64,000 nucleotides of DNA from Rebecca billardiae RCC1528 (GCA_965240325.2 OZ251227.1:372001-436000), one strand, 5' to 3'. Positions 24,679 through 37,361 are shown, counted from the stretch's first letter. Notes: generated by a model not told the origin, from the letters alone. A program made the numbers and translations.

Positions 24679-26232
24679 TCATGCTCGGAAGTCCCACAGC
24701 GGGACTTCTTCGAGCTTACAGGATCGCCAGTGAAGACCTCCCGCGCCCCTCGAGATCATACGGAGTTGGCGGCGAGATCGCGCTCTTGCGGCGGGCGGCG
24801 GGCGGGAGCGCGCGCCGGCGCTCGCTCGCGCGCTCGCTGCCCGCAGCGCGCGCGTCAGGTCGTCGTGAGCGCTTGCGCGCCGGCGCTAGGGCGCGTGCCA
24901 CCTGCGCACGCCGCTGGTTCGCGCCTGCGCGCTCTGCTCCGCCGCTGCGGCGCTTGCGAGCGCTCGCCGTGTCTTGCGCCGGCTCCCGGCCCGCCGCGTC
25001 GAAAGCCTGGTTGTGCGGCCAGCCAAGTGTGGCGTTTGCGGCTTGGCGCGCGAGCGCGCGACGCAGCGGATGGCGCGTGTGAGCCGTCCAGCCAGTGTCA
25101 CTCGCCTCGTGCGCCGCGCGCCGACCGCGCGCCCCAGATTCGACGACGAGCGCTGCTCGGTCACGGTGAGACGGGAGTCGGCGCTCCGCATCGCAGAGCC
25201 GCGTGTGGTCGCGCAGAAGAGGCCGCGCGTGGCCGGCGCGGCCGCTTTGTGCCGTGGTCTAGGCTTCAATCGCGTCCGCAGTCGGTGAGAACGCATGCCT
25301 CGCCCACGAGGTCACTCATCTTCTGCCCGTACACAGCGCGTGACACGTGAGGTGGATTCCAGAAGGTGTCTCGAGGTCACGCCGTCACCGATCGTAGCCA
25401 CATAAGCCATTGCGTGGAAGAGCTGCGCTCACGGAGATCGTGCACGTGTCATCAGCGCGCTACCAGACCATAACCATCGAGTTCTTGAAGCCGTATACCA
25501 ATGGAGTAGGATGGCTGGATGGGTTTGTTCGAGCCCACGGCTGGCGGCACGAGTGATACGGCCCGGCACGCAGAGTCAGGTCAAGTCGCCCACTCGTGAG
25601 TGCGGCGTGACCGCTTGGGCAAGGCAAGCAACTGCGGACGCGATTGAAGCCTAGACCACGGCACAAAGCGGCCGCGCCGGCCACGCGCGGCCTCTTCTGC
25701 GCGACCACACGCGGCTCTGCGATGCGGAGCGCCGACTCCCGTCTCACCGTGACCGAGCAGCGCTCGTCGTCGAATCTGGGGCGCGCGGTCGGCGCGCGGC
25801 GCACGAGGCGAGTGACGCTGGCTGGACGGCTCACACGCGCCATCCGCTGCGTCGCGCGCTCGCGCGCCAAGCCGCAAACGCCACACTTGGCTGGCCGCAC
25901 AACCAGGCTTTCGACGCGGCGGGCCGGAACCGGCGCAAGACACGGCGAGCGCTCGCAAGCGCCGCAGCGGCGGAGCAGAGCGCGCAGGCGCGAACCAGCG
26001 GCGTGCGCAGGTGGCACGCGCCCTAGCGCCGGTGCGCAAGCGCTCACGACGACCTGACGCGCGCGCTGCGGGCAGCGAGCGCGCGAGCGAGCGCCGGCGC
26101 GCGCTCCCGCCCGCCGCCGCCGCAAGAGCGCGATCTCGCCGCCAACTCCGTATGATCTCGAGGGGCGCGGGAGGTTTTCACTGGCGATCCTGTAAGCTCG
26201 GAGAAGTCCCGCTGTGGGACTTCCGAGCATGA
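24679..26232. mobile_element. Foldback element: ~603-bp inverted arms with 348-bp spacer, possible AAGC target duplication
   Basis: 24679-25282 is the reverse complement of 25631-26232 with few mismatches. AAGC immediately precedes and follows the element. Each arm starts with a subterminal hairpin (GCTCGGAAGTCCC-ACAGC-GGGACTTCTYCGAGC). Confidence 0.8.
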
Positions 26233-26457
26233 AAGCGGCATGACCAAAGGAATCAAGGCATGACAGTACCCGATCGCCCAACGGCCTTCCAGCCCACCGG
26301 ACTTCACTACATACCCGGTCCGGAGCAGGCATATCGACGCCTCAGCGTGCGAGTGCGCGCGAGCGGGCAGCGGCTGGCCGCAGGGCGTGGCAGGCTGCGG
26401 ACACAGCGCTCGCGTCCCAAGCGCGCCGAGGCGCCCGGCGACGCTAAACGCCCGGCA

Positions 26458-29400
26458 ATGGGCAAAAAGGGCAGCGAGGGCAGTGGCGCGGTCGCATCAC
26501 CTAAGGTGCCTGATGAGGGCACGACCTCGCTCGCTCTCACCCACCTCCCGTTCGATGACGGGCTCCCCGAGGAGATCTGCAACTTGCTCGGAAACGCCGA
26601 GTCCGATGCCAAGGCGGTGAAGGTGCGTGTGCGCCAGCTCGCGCGCGGAATCTCGCGGTCGATGCACGCCGGTGTGCCGATCTGACTGGCTATCTCGGGA
26701 GCCACGCGCCCGTGCCCGCCGGCGAACCCTCGCGACGGCTGATGGCTGTGCGTGCCGTCACGCGTCGCACCGTCGCACCCCACGCGCAGGACATCCTGAC
26801 CACGGCGATGAAGATGACGGGCGGCGATGAGAGCGCCCTCGGCCGTAAGCTCTTTTTGATGCGCGTCGGTGAGCGCCCTGCGCTGCCTCCCCGCCGCCGC
26901 GCCACGACGCTGCCCCGGGCGCGCGCACAGCCGCGCTCACGAGACCTGCTCGCGTGGCCTCTGCCGCTCCTCCGCGCTTGCGCAGTGATCCACGGCCTCG
27001 ACCGCGGCATACTGACACTCGATGAGGAGAATAAGGCCAAGTTTCTCGTGCTCGCGGTGGGTTGAGCCCCGCCACACTCGCCCCGCCGCTCATCGCGGGC
27101 ACAGCGCGCGCGTCGCCGTGCGCGGCCCGCGCGCTCACGCGCGTGTGTGCGCCTCCGCACGGCGCGCCGCAGGCGCGTGTGCTCTTCGGCGCGCTCTCGA
27201 GCAAGTTCAAGTCAACGGTTACCCGGCATGAGCAGGAGGCCTTCTTGACCGTGCTCAGCGTGAACGCGCTCTGCCTGGCTCCGCCTCCCGAGAAGCGGCC
27301 TGAGCAGCTCGGCTGCCTGAGCGCGGCGGCCGACTCGCTGTGCGCGCAGATCGAGAGTACGTACGGCGGGTGGGAGCGGCGTGACGACCACTTCGGCCAG
27401 GGCGTGCGCGTCTCGGACACGTTCATCTTCGGCTTCCACCTCTGCGAGACCGCGCTCATCCCGCAGGCGGGCTCGCAAGGGCTGGACGTGGTGCTGCCCG
27501 CCGAGTGCATGCGCGCCCTGCTCGCCGGCCCGTGGGCGCGGCTCATCCACGTCAACCACTACGCGCAGATGCCGGAGGGCCTGGGCGAGGCGGAGAAGCT
27601 TCTCGCGCGGCTGCGCGGCGACCTGACCGCGCTCGCTTCCGGCGTGCTCGCCGTGGAGGCCTCGCCGATGCCGAGCGGCGCCGCGCTACAGTTCGTGCGC
27701 ACGCGCTTCTTCATGCTGCACAGGCTGCTCGAGGCGCTCGGCAGGCAGCACGCCAAGATGAAGAGGGCGACGCTGGAGCGGCTCACCGCGCTGAAGGCGT
27801 GGGCGCGCGCGCTCTTCGAGGACACCGCGCCGCTGCTCGAGCGCATGAAGGCCTCCGACCACGAGGTCAAGTGCTTCGCCCTCACCTCGCAGCTCCTCGT
27901 CGGCGCGCGCCCGCCCGGCTTCAGCGTGAAGGTGACGCTGGGATTGATCAACGATGCGCACACGCACGTGTGCGCGGAGGTGAAGACGTTCAAGGGGCAG
28001 GTGGAGGGCGATCACGAGCAGGTGGAGGGCGACCAGGACAGCCTCCTCGCGAAGTGCGACTACCAGCTCGACAAGCCCTACTTCCACAAGGTCTACGGCG
28101 ACGGCAAGGAGGCGCTGCACCCGCTCGGCGGCCTGCTGAGCGGCTACCTCGCGCCGTTGGGCAGCGCGCTGCTCAAGGAGAAGGCGCAGAAGCTGCTGCT
28201 CGATGTGGGCCAGAAGGCGCTCGGCGCGATGCCGCACCCGTGCGCGATGCTCATGCTCGTCTGGCACGTGGACGAGTACAACAAGGTTCCGTGGTTCCAG
28301 TGCACGTTGATGTTCAACTCGCTGGCGGCGATGATGCCGAAGCGCGAGTTCAGGTCGCAGTGCGCGCAGTGGGCGCGCGCTGTGCACACGCTCGTGCCCC
28401 CCGGGCCGCTGGTGGGCGAGGCCGAGTCGGCGGTGGACGCGGCGTATGGGCAGTACTTCAGCGGCATCTTCTCGCGCACGTCGGTGCTGCTCGAGTTCTG
28501 CAGGCTCAGCTCCACGGAGCACACTGCCGAGGAGCTCCTCGAGAGCCGTCTCGAGATGCTGGAGAGTCTGCTGCCGCACGCCTGGGGCGCCAAGGCCAAG
28601 CCGCCTGCGCCGCCGCAGCCGCCTGCGCCGCCGCAGCACCTGCTCGAAGCGCACGCGTACACCTTCCTGCTCGCCGCCGCCGTGCAAGCGGGCGCGCTGC
28701 TGCACGGCTCGGAGGGCCCGCTGAGCTTCGACCTGCTCGACGATTTCCTCGGCAATGCTCTGCCGATGCTGCTCGGCGCGCCGCGGTATCCTGCCGATTG
28801 CCGTGTCGCGATCGATGCTTTGGCCTGCGTCTGCGGGTCGGACCGCTACGCGAGCAATCTCGTGCGCTGGCTGCGCCTCCAGACGGCGGCGCCGTTGCGG
28901 GTCATGAGCGCCGTGTGGTACACCAGCTTGCGCGCTCAGCTCGCGCTCATCCCAACCTCCATCGCCCAGCTCACGCCCGCCGCGCTGCTCGAAGGCTCCC
29001 TCAGCGAAGCGCTGCTCGGCCTGAGCAGCAATCTGAGCACCACGTCGATCCCCGCGCAAGTCACGAGCAACCTGACGGCCGAGTGCGTGCAGCTGCTGCA
29101 GAAGCACATGGTGGAGGGCGCGCGGTCGGTGACACGGGCCGTGCTGCTGGCATGCGCGACGATGGCCGCGCACGCCGCCGCCGCTCCAGCCGCGGCGGCC
29201 ACGCCCGCGCCATTGGACGAGCCGGCGGCGGGGGCGGCGGAGGCGGAGGCGGCGGCGGTGGAGGCGGCGGCGGCGGCGGCGGTGGCTCCGGCGGCGGCGG
29301 CGGCGGCGGCCGTGCCGCAGCCTGCGGAGGCGGCCGTGCCGCGCGAGGTGCAAGTTGCGCTTAGCGACGGCTTGTATGTGCTGCTCGTGTGGCTGTCGCA

Positions 29401-32400
29401 CGCGGCGGTACTCATGCAGAAGCTCCCCGCGCCGTCTGCCGCCAAGGTCGGGAGCAGCCTGCTCGGGCACGCGCTGGTCGAGCTGCTCGTCGCGCCCGCT
29501 GAGCAGCCGGCGGCGGGCGCCGAGACCGCCGTGCAGCTTGGGCTGCGCGCGGGCCTGGACGCCTCTTGGGACATCGCGTCGCAGGAGAAGCTCAACGAGG
29601 CGGCGAACACTCTGAATTGGGTCCTCACCAAGCCCGGCCTCGCGCGGCTGATGCAAGAGCTCGGGCCGCGCAACCCGCAGCTGCTCACCGCGCTCACGCG
29701 CGCGCTCTCGCCGGCGCGCGAGGGGGCGAGGGGCGAGCAGCCGGCGCAGCTCGCGCGCGTGGACTCGTTCACACTCAGCTCGGACAGCGAGGCGAGCACG
29801 CTCAGCACGGAGACGGGCGACTCGGAGCTGTGGCCGAAGTCGGGCCTCGCGCTGGCCGAGCTCGGGCTGTGCGCGCTCAACCTGCTCACGCTGCTGCCGC
29901 ACGAGGCGGTGCGCGCGCTGCCGTTAGTCTCGCGCTACGCGTTCGCGCCGGAACCGGAGCGGGTCGCGGAGCTGAACACGGTGCAGGAGACGCTGCACCG
30001 CTGGATGGGCGCCGTGCTGCGCGGGGCGATGCTGGACGCTGAGGAGCTGCACCAGTGCATCGTCATGAACACCGACGGCCGGCGGGCGCTCAGTCGGCCG
30101 GACGAGCGGGTGGACGGCCTGCTGCTCGTGCCGCTCCAGCTGTACCGCGCGCACTTTGCCGCTCAGAGCGAGAGCTGGCGCGCTGTGTGGTGCTGGAGCG
30201 ACTACGTAGCCGTCCTCGAGGACCGCCGCGGCGTGCTCTTCCACTGCTGGCACGCCCTCTTCAGCGAGACGCAGGAGCGCATCGAGGGGCAGCACGACCA
30301 GCTCTACATGGGCGAGCTCTTCGACCAGCTGCTGGCCGTCGTGAGCGAGCCGGAGACCCTGCGAACGTACCACGAGGCTTTGAAGGATTCCGCTGCTCGC
30401 CGACCCGGGGAGGAGAATGGCTACTTGCGCTTTGTGAGGGATCGCGCGGCCTCGCTGAAGCGGATCGCGCAGACGCTCGAGTTTGCCGTGCACGTGCTCC
30501 GGGTGCTCTTCTCGAGCGTGGACGCGGTCGTTCAGCTGCTCTTCGAGCAGCTCCTTTTCGCTCGGAAGAGGGTCTCGCCGGAGGAGATGCGCGAGCCGTC
30601 CATCTACCACGAGTATCTTCTCGAGGTGCTCGAGGTGCTCGACCCCGCGCTGCTGCCCTACGAGGAGGAGGCGCTGAGCGTGCTGCTCGACCCTGGCCTC
30701 CTCGCGAGGATGATTATCGACCTCACCAACTACCTCTGGGCCCCGCACGAGGAGGAGGAGGAGGGGGAGGAGGGGGAGGAGGATGAGCACCTGGTCACGA
30801 GCACCGCCTACAAGTTCTACGATTGTGTGGCACGCGCTGTCAGGGACATCAGGCAGCTGGATCGGGCTACCGACGGCTCGCGGGCGCATTACGACTACGC
30901 GCGTTTCGCGGACGAACTGGGCAGGTGGGGTCTGGGCGACCACTGGGTGTCCGCGGTTGAGCGCTGCGTGGAGAAGGAGCTGCACAGCACCGCGCTAAGC
31001 CGGCTGAACGACCTCTTCGCCGGCGAGCGCAATGAGCGCACGTGCTCGTCCTTGGCCACCCGATTCGGCGTGCGGCAGCTCGAGAGCGTCAGCGACGCGC
31101 AGGCGCGGGTGGTGAGCCAGTTGGTGATGGACGTGCGCTACTCGCACCTGACCAGCGCGGCTAGGCAGCTCATCGGCGGCCGGTCTCGCTTCCGCGTCAG
31201 CGTGGCACACGCGTGGTCGGCGCGCATCGCGCTGGTGACGAGCGCGATCCGCGAGCTCATGAAGAGCCGGTCGGGGCAGGCAGCGTCCGCCGAGCACGCC
31301 GCCGGGCCCGCCGATGAGGTGTCGCGGACCCTCGAGCGCATCCGCAACACGCTGCTCGCCGGGGTGGCCGGGCTGATGATCAGCCGCACGGGCGAGCCGG
31401 ACGCGCGCGTGGAAGACGCGGTCCTGCTCGCGGACGTGGCCGGGCATGCCGTCCACGAGCTGCGCTGGCACACTCGGCCCTGGGGGAAGGGGGAGGCGGT
31501 CGCGCACTCTTGGATGCTGCTCGCCGTCGCGATCAACACCGTCTTCAAGGGCCCGGGGCCATCGGCGGACGAGGAGGCGCCGACGGCGTGGCTCGGCGGG
31601 CTGCCGCGCGTGCGCAGCTTCTGTGCGGAGCTGGACGACGCCTTCAAGACGCGCAACACGTGGTTCTCCTACTTCGTGCTGGGCCCGGTGCCGGAAGCGG
31701 TGCGCGCCGTGCGCGCCGCCACGCCGCCACGCCGCCCGCCGCGCGCGAACGCTCGCGCACGCCCTCAACCCGCCCCGTCCCCTCTGCGCCCTCACCTCGG
31801 CGCACGCGCGCGCTTGCGCGCTCTGCAGCAATTGGCGGGCAAGTGGCTGCCGCAGACCGCGGAGGGGCTCAAGGCGACCGAGCGCTCCGAGGCGGTGCGC
31901 GAGCGGCTGCGCGCGTTCTGGGCGTCCCTCGAGCCCGAGTGCCGCGCCGAGCTCTGCCGCCTGCCGCGCGCCCCCGCCGCCGCGTCCGAGCGCGCGCCGC
32001 TCAAGCTCGAGCTCGGCCGGCGCTTCCGGCCCGAGCGCAAGATGGGCGAGGAGGAGAAGGCGTGGCGCACCGAGCTGCCCAAGCAGCTCTTGGAGCTGCT
32101 GAGCGCGGCGGAGCGGCGGGAGGAGGCGGAGGCGGATGCGGTCGCCGCCGCCGCGCCGGCCGACGCGGCCGCGCCCGCGGGCGGCTCGTCGGCCCAGGCT
32201 GGGCGTGGCGCGCTGAGCTTTCCGCTGCGCGTTATGCACAGCTACGTGCGCTCTCTCGAGGGCGAGAGCCTCTCGGAGGCAGACGGCGCGGAGCTGAAGC
32301 TGCTCCACGCGGTGCTGAGCGTGCTGGATCTCGGCTGTGCGGGCGCATCGCCGCGCGAGAGCGCGGCCGACGAGCGCGCGATCGACGCCCTGCTCGAGGC

Positions 32401-35400
32401 GGAGTCGCAGCTGGGGCACCTGCTGCTGCCGCCGGCCAGCTCGATCGAGCACGCGCGCGAATACCTGGTCTGGCACTGCGAGCTGCTGCGCAGCCTGAGC
32501 GCCACGTGCTCGCTGGCGCGGGAGATCGACGCCGGGGTGCACTGGCGCGTGTCGCGCGAGCAGCAGCCGCCGTTCAAGCAGCACGAGCTGAGCAAGGCGC
32601 TGCGCATGACGGTGGACAAGATTGCGGGGCGGCCGGCGTTGCGCACGCTGCTCACAGCGGCCGCCTTCCACGCGGGCCAGATTGCGACCGAGATCCTGAG
32701 CGGGCTCGTGCCCGCGGCCACGAGATGGGCGGAGGAGGAGCGGGAGAAGCGCGCGGACCAGCTGCTCAGCGCGGCCGCGGCCGAGCCGGGCGCGGCGGAG
32801 GAGTCGACGGGCGGCAAGCGCGGCGGCAAGAGGGGCAAGCCGAGCGCGGCGCGGACGGCGACGCCGCCGGTTGACGCGCCACCGCCCGCGCTGCCGAGCC
32901 CGCGGTCCAAGGCGCGAGCGAACGAGTCGGACGAGTCCGTGAGCGACGACGACGGCCAGGCGCTCGAGGCGCTGGTGCGCAACAAGATGCGCACCGCGCC
33001 GCAGCCCAAGGTGGCGAGTGCGCTGACGGTGCACGACGCGGGCGGAGGCGCGCCGGGCCGCGGAGGCGCCGCGGTCAAGCCCGGCTCCGGCGCGGGCGGC
33101 GTGCCCGCGCTCACAAAGCGACCGTCGGCCGACAGCAAGGCGCAGCCCGCCCGGCAGCCGGCGGGCGGCAGCCGCGCGATCACGGTCGTGCACCGCGCGC
33201 GCTCCGCCGCCGAGCGCGCCGCGGAGGAGGAGGAGGCGCAGCTCATTCGCGCGATGGAGGCGAGCGCGATGGAGCACAGCTCGAGGCAGGCCGCGGACGC
33301 GCGCGGTGCCGACGACGAGACGCCGTGCCCCTTCTGCGGCGTGCGCATGTCCGCCGTGGAGATCGTCGAGCACGTGGAGCGCGAGCACAGCGACGGCGCC
33401 GCGCCGCCGGCCGTGCCCAGCGGCGGCTGCGCGCCCACTGCCGCCGCCGATGCCTCGGCCAGGCAGGACCCGGCGCTCGCGATGGCGACGGTGCCGGTGC
33501 CGAGGGGCGGCGCCGCGGGCGGCGCGTGCGCGGCGTGCGCCGAGGTCGCGCCCACGGCGTCCTCCGACAGCGGTACCAGTCGGAGGCGAACGCGCGGCGG
33601 GCGGAAGAGGGGCTCCGCCCTGCCTCCCGCCGACGGCCCGCCGCCCGCGCCGCCGCCCGCGCCGCGGCCCGACGACGACTTCGACGGGCTGGAGGAGGCG
33701 CTGCAGCGCACGCTCAAGCTGTCGCTCGCGGAGGCGGGCGCGGAGGCGGGGGCGGAGGAGCCGGCGCTGCACGGCGCGCTGTACGGCGGCCTGGGCGCGC
33801 AGCCGTACGCGCAGCCGCAGCCGCAGCCGGCGGTGGACTCGCTGGCGCTGGCGTACGGCGGCGCGGGCGCGCGCGCGGCGCAGCCGACGGCGCTGCCGCC
33901 CGCGAGCGGGCTGGCGCACGCACGCGCCGCCCTGCCGCACGCGCCGCCGCCGCAGCCGGCGCCGAGGGCGGGCGGCGGCGGCAGGGCGCCGATGTGCCGC
34001 ACCTTCGTCTTCGAGCGGAACGGGACGCGGCTGGGCGTCTGGGTCGAGGCCGAGTTCATCCATCACCTCACGGGCGCGCGGCTGGCGCAGATGCGCCAGC
34101 TCAGCGGCGCCGCCATCACCATCGAGCCGGCGGAGAGGCCCGCCTCCGAGCACCGGTTTGGCAACCGGCCGTACCGCAGGCTCAACGTGTCGCACGCGGA
34201 CTCGCACGAGCCGCTGGACAAGCCCAACTTCAACCAGGTGCGGGACGTGGTGCAGAGCGCGCTGAAGTCGATCGCCGCCGAGCACATGGGCGGCGGCGGC
34301 GGCGGCGGCGGCGGCGCGCGGGCGCACGGCGGGCACGGGGCGCTGCCCGGGGCGCCGCCTAACTCGGCGCCGCCTCCGCCGCTCGACATGAGTGCCTTCC
34401 CAGCGCTCGGCGCCGCGCCACCGCGCCAGCCGCAGCCGCACCAGCTGCAGCAGCCGCAGCTGCCGCAGCAGCCGCAGCTGCAGCCGACGCCGCAGCCGAC
34501 GCCGCAGCATGCCGCGCCACAGCCGCCGCCGCCCTCGCTGCTGGACCCGCGCGCGCAGAACTTCCACTTCCAGCCGCCCCCAGCGGCCTCCGCCGGGCGC
34601 GCGCCCCCCGGCCTCCCGACCCTTGACCCACTGCCGGCCGCGCCGCTGGGTGCGCTGGGTGGCGCTGGGCCGTCAGGCTTGCTGGGCAGCGGCGCGCTGG
34701 AGCGGGTGGGCTGGCGGTCGGGCACAGCCGAGGGCCCGTGGGGCGGCGCCGCCCCGACGCTGCTGCCCCCGGTGCCGTCCTTCGCGCAGCACCCCGGAGC
34801 GCAGCTCCCGCCGCCGCCGCCGCCGCCGCCGCTTTTCATGATGGAGGACGACGTGCCCGCGCGGGTGATGCAGCTGCCGCCGCCGCCGCCGCCGGACGAG
34901 CTGCCGGACGCGGCGCTCGCGGGCATGGAGCTGCCGCCGCCGCCGCCGCCGCCCGACGCTGACCCGGGGTACGTGACTGGCGACGAGGTCGAGGACAACA
35001 ACCCGTTCGCGACGGAGGTCGGCTCGCTCCTCAACCGCGCGGGTGCGCTCACGCGCCGCACCGCGCGTCACGGCGCGCGCGGCCCGCTGCTGGTCCGCGG
35101 CAGGATTCGAGCGGCGCTGAGCGGCGCGCATCGCCCTTGCCACCTGCCTCCCTGGCGCGCGCCCTCGCGTGCGCAGGTGCGAATACGTGCTTCGTCAACG
35201 TGATCATCCAGATGCTCTGGGGCGTCGACGCCTTCCGCGAGGCCTTCTTCGAGCAGCGGCTGTCGCACAAGTGCGCGCGCGGCGCCGACGGCTGCGTGTT
35301 CTGCGCGACCGCGCAGATCTTCGAGTCGCTCAACGCGAAGGTGCAGTCGCAGCTCTCGACGCCGGCGTCGGCGGAGGTGCTGCAGCGCGCGGTGAGCGTG

Positions 35401-36308
35401 CTCAACACCAACTTCGAGTTTGGCGAGAAGCAGGACGCCACCGAGGTGCACGAGGCCATCCTGCACGGTGCGGGCCGCGCGCGCACGGCGCACGCCCGGC
35501 CCGCGCGCGCCGGCGAGCGCGCGCTGACCCGAGCGCGCGCGGCCCCGCGGCCGCACTCGGCCCGAGCAGGCCTGCACAACGCGTTGTCGACGGGCGCGGA
35601 GGACGAGGACGACACGTTCGTGCGCGCCATCTTCAACAACGCCATCGAGGAGAACGTGACGTGCCAGGCGTGCAGCCACGTCGAGAAGCCGCACGTGTAC
35701 GACACGTGGGCCGAGTACGTGTACTCGTTTGAGCTGATGGCGTCCATCGACTGCAACGGTGCGCGCGCGCGCGGCGGGCGGCGGTGCGCGCGGCCGTGGC
35801 GACAGAGCTGATCGCCTTTCCGGCCGCCGCGCGCGCCCGCGCTCGCGCAGGCGGCGGCGAGCGTCGCCGCTTCGACGCGGTGCTGCGCGAGCTCGTGGGC
35901 TCGTACCCGGGCAAGTGCCAAAACCCAAAGTGTGAGCAGGACGTGTCGCTGTGTAAGCGGCAGCGCTCCGACCCACGCGTGTACTCGATCGTGATCGTGC
36001 ACCCGAGCGGCTCCGAGTCGCAGGAGGACATCCGGAAGGCGCTCGACGCGGTCGACGACATGATCGACGTGTCGGCGGTGTACACCGACGTCAGCGCGCC
36101 CCCGCGCGTCGCGCGCCTGAAGCACATCAACGCGTACGCGCTGGCGCACTACGTCGCGTTCACGTGGAGCGAGCCGCTGGGCGCGTGGCTGCTGCGCGAC
36201 GACACGATGTGCAAGGTGGTCGGCCCCACATTCGAGGACGTGAAGGCTCGGTGCGTCGCCAACCGCTACCAGCCCGGCCTGCTCTTCTACGAGCGGACTG
36301 ACCACTGA
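26458..36308 (+). CDS. Giant (~3000 aa) USP53/54-like deubiquitinase with UIMs, Zn finger and degenerate KH (paralog 2)
   Basis: ATG 26458 (MGKKGSE). Three 5' introns, an in-frame intron 31700-31828, and three USP introns (first 35043-35176). UIM-like EEEAQLIRAMEASAME and EEALQRTLKLSLAE; CPFC...H....H finger; ERLRAFWASL motif; USP domain essentially identical to paralog 1. Confidence 0.85.
34808..36297 (+). repeat. USP cassette copy 2
   Basis: Matches 22666-24156. Identity starts in a (CCG)n run and stops within the last codons before the stop. Confidence 0.95.
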
Positions 36309-36644
36309 GCAGGATCTGCTGCTTTTGGCCTCCGAGGCCGCACTGACGCGGTCTCGCGGATTTCTCACCGGAGCGGGGCAGACGGCGCCCACGGCACGAG
36401 GCACGACGACGACGTCGACGTTCTTTATATTCGAAACCGGACACCGGTCTGCTCGGACTCGCTCGACGTGGACTTCCGGGAACATCGTCGGCGAGGCCCA
36501 TATGCTGAGATCCACTTAGTGGTCGTCATGACGAACTACGGCTATCTATACGAGTGTGTGTTGTTGATGCCTGTCACACTATGTTTTAGGGTGCGCGATG
36601 ATTCGGCATATAGAACGATATATCTGCTCATCTTCGTCACCTGG

Positions 36645-37232
36645 TCAGTGATGCAGGCGTCGGGACACTTGCTTAGTGTTTGTCGAACCAGCGCGGGCTC
36701 CCGTCATCTTGTGCTGCTTGTGCACACCTGCGGTTGCAGCACGCAGCCGGCGCTCCTGTGCGGTCGTCCCACGATCTGGAGAGTGCTTGCTCTGCCTGCG
36801 GCGCTTCTCCGCTCGCTTGATGATTCCCTGGACCAGCCCGGGCGAGGCACCGTCAATGCGGCGGATGATGGTGAGCCACACACCCCCGGGACTCTTGCGC
36901 TTGCCCGAGTGCGCACCATCGCACTCCATGCCGCCTTGGTGCTCAATCCGTTTCGTGCGCTTGAACGCTTTCATCGCCACCGACGTGCCGACCTCGTGGA
37001 CGAGCTCGCGCACGAGATCACCGTTCTTCTCGTTCAACTCCTTCACGATGAAGTCCGCCACCGTTGCGGCCGACGCTTTCTCGAGGACGAGGTGCTCGAC
37101 CTCCTGGAGCGGGCTGACAAACTCGCGACGGTGTGAAGGCGAGGCACCGACGCGCACACGGGCACCACCGCCGCCAGACTCGACCTCCAGCCGGTCGACG
37201 CCCTCGAGCAACGCTGCTCGCCGCGGGGTCAT
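36645..37232 (-). CDS. PHAX RNA-binding-domain protein
   Basis: VADFIVKELNEKNGDLVRELVHEVG...TKRIEHQGGMECDG...KRKSPGGVWLTIIR matches the PHAX RBD pattern (E..GG...DG..RRTPGGVF). ATG at 37232. Confidence 0.8.
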   Translation of the reverse strand: MTPRRAALLEGVDRLEVESGGGGARVRVGASPSHRREFVSPLQEVEHLVLEKASAATVADFIVKELNEKNGDLVRELVHEVGTSVAMKAFKRTKRIEHQGGMECDGAHSGKRKSPGGVWLTIIRRIDGASPGLVQGIIKRAEKRRRQSKHSPDRGTTAQERRLRAATAGVHKQHKMTGARAGSTNTKQVSRRLHH

Positions 37233-37361
37233 CGCTGACAAGCTTGCGCGAGTTGACGGCGGCGGGCGACTTTTGCTATTGATTGAGGTTGACCAACGGT
37301 CGACGCTCCGACGATCGAGTCGTCGTCGATGCGCGCTTCGTCAGCCGTGATTCCGGACGAA

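Noticed and set aside
24639-26332. Paired ORFs in the foldback arms
   Set aside because: They mirror each other because of the inverted repeat, contain frameshifts between arms and show no domain.
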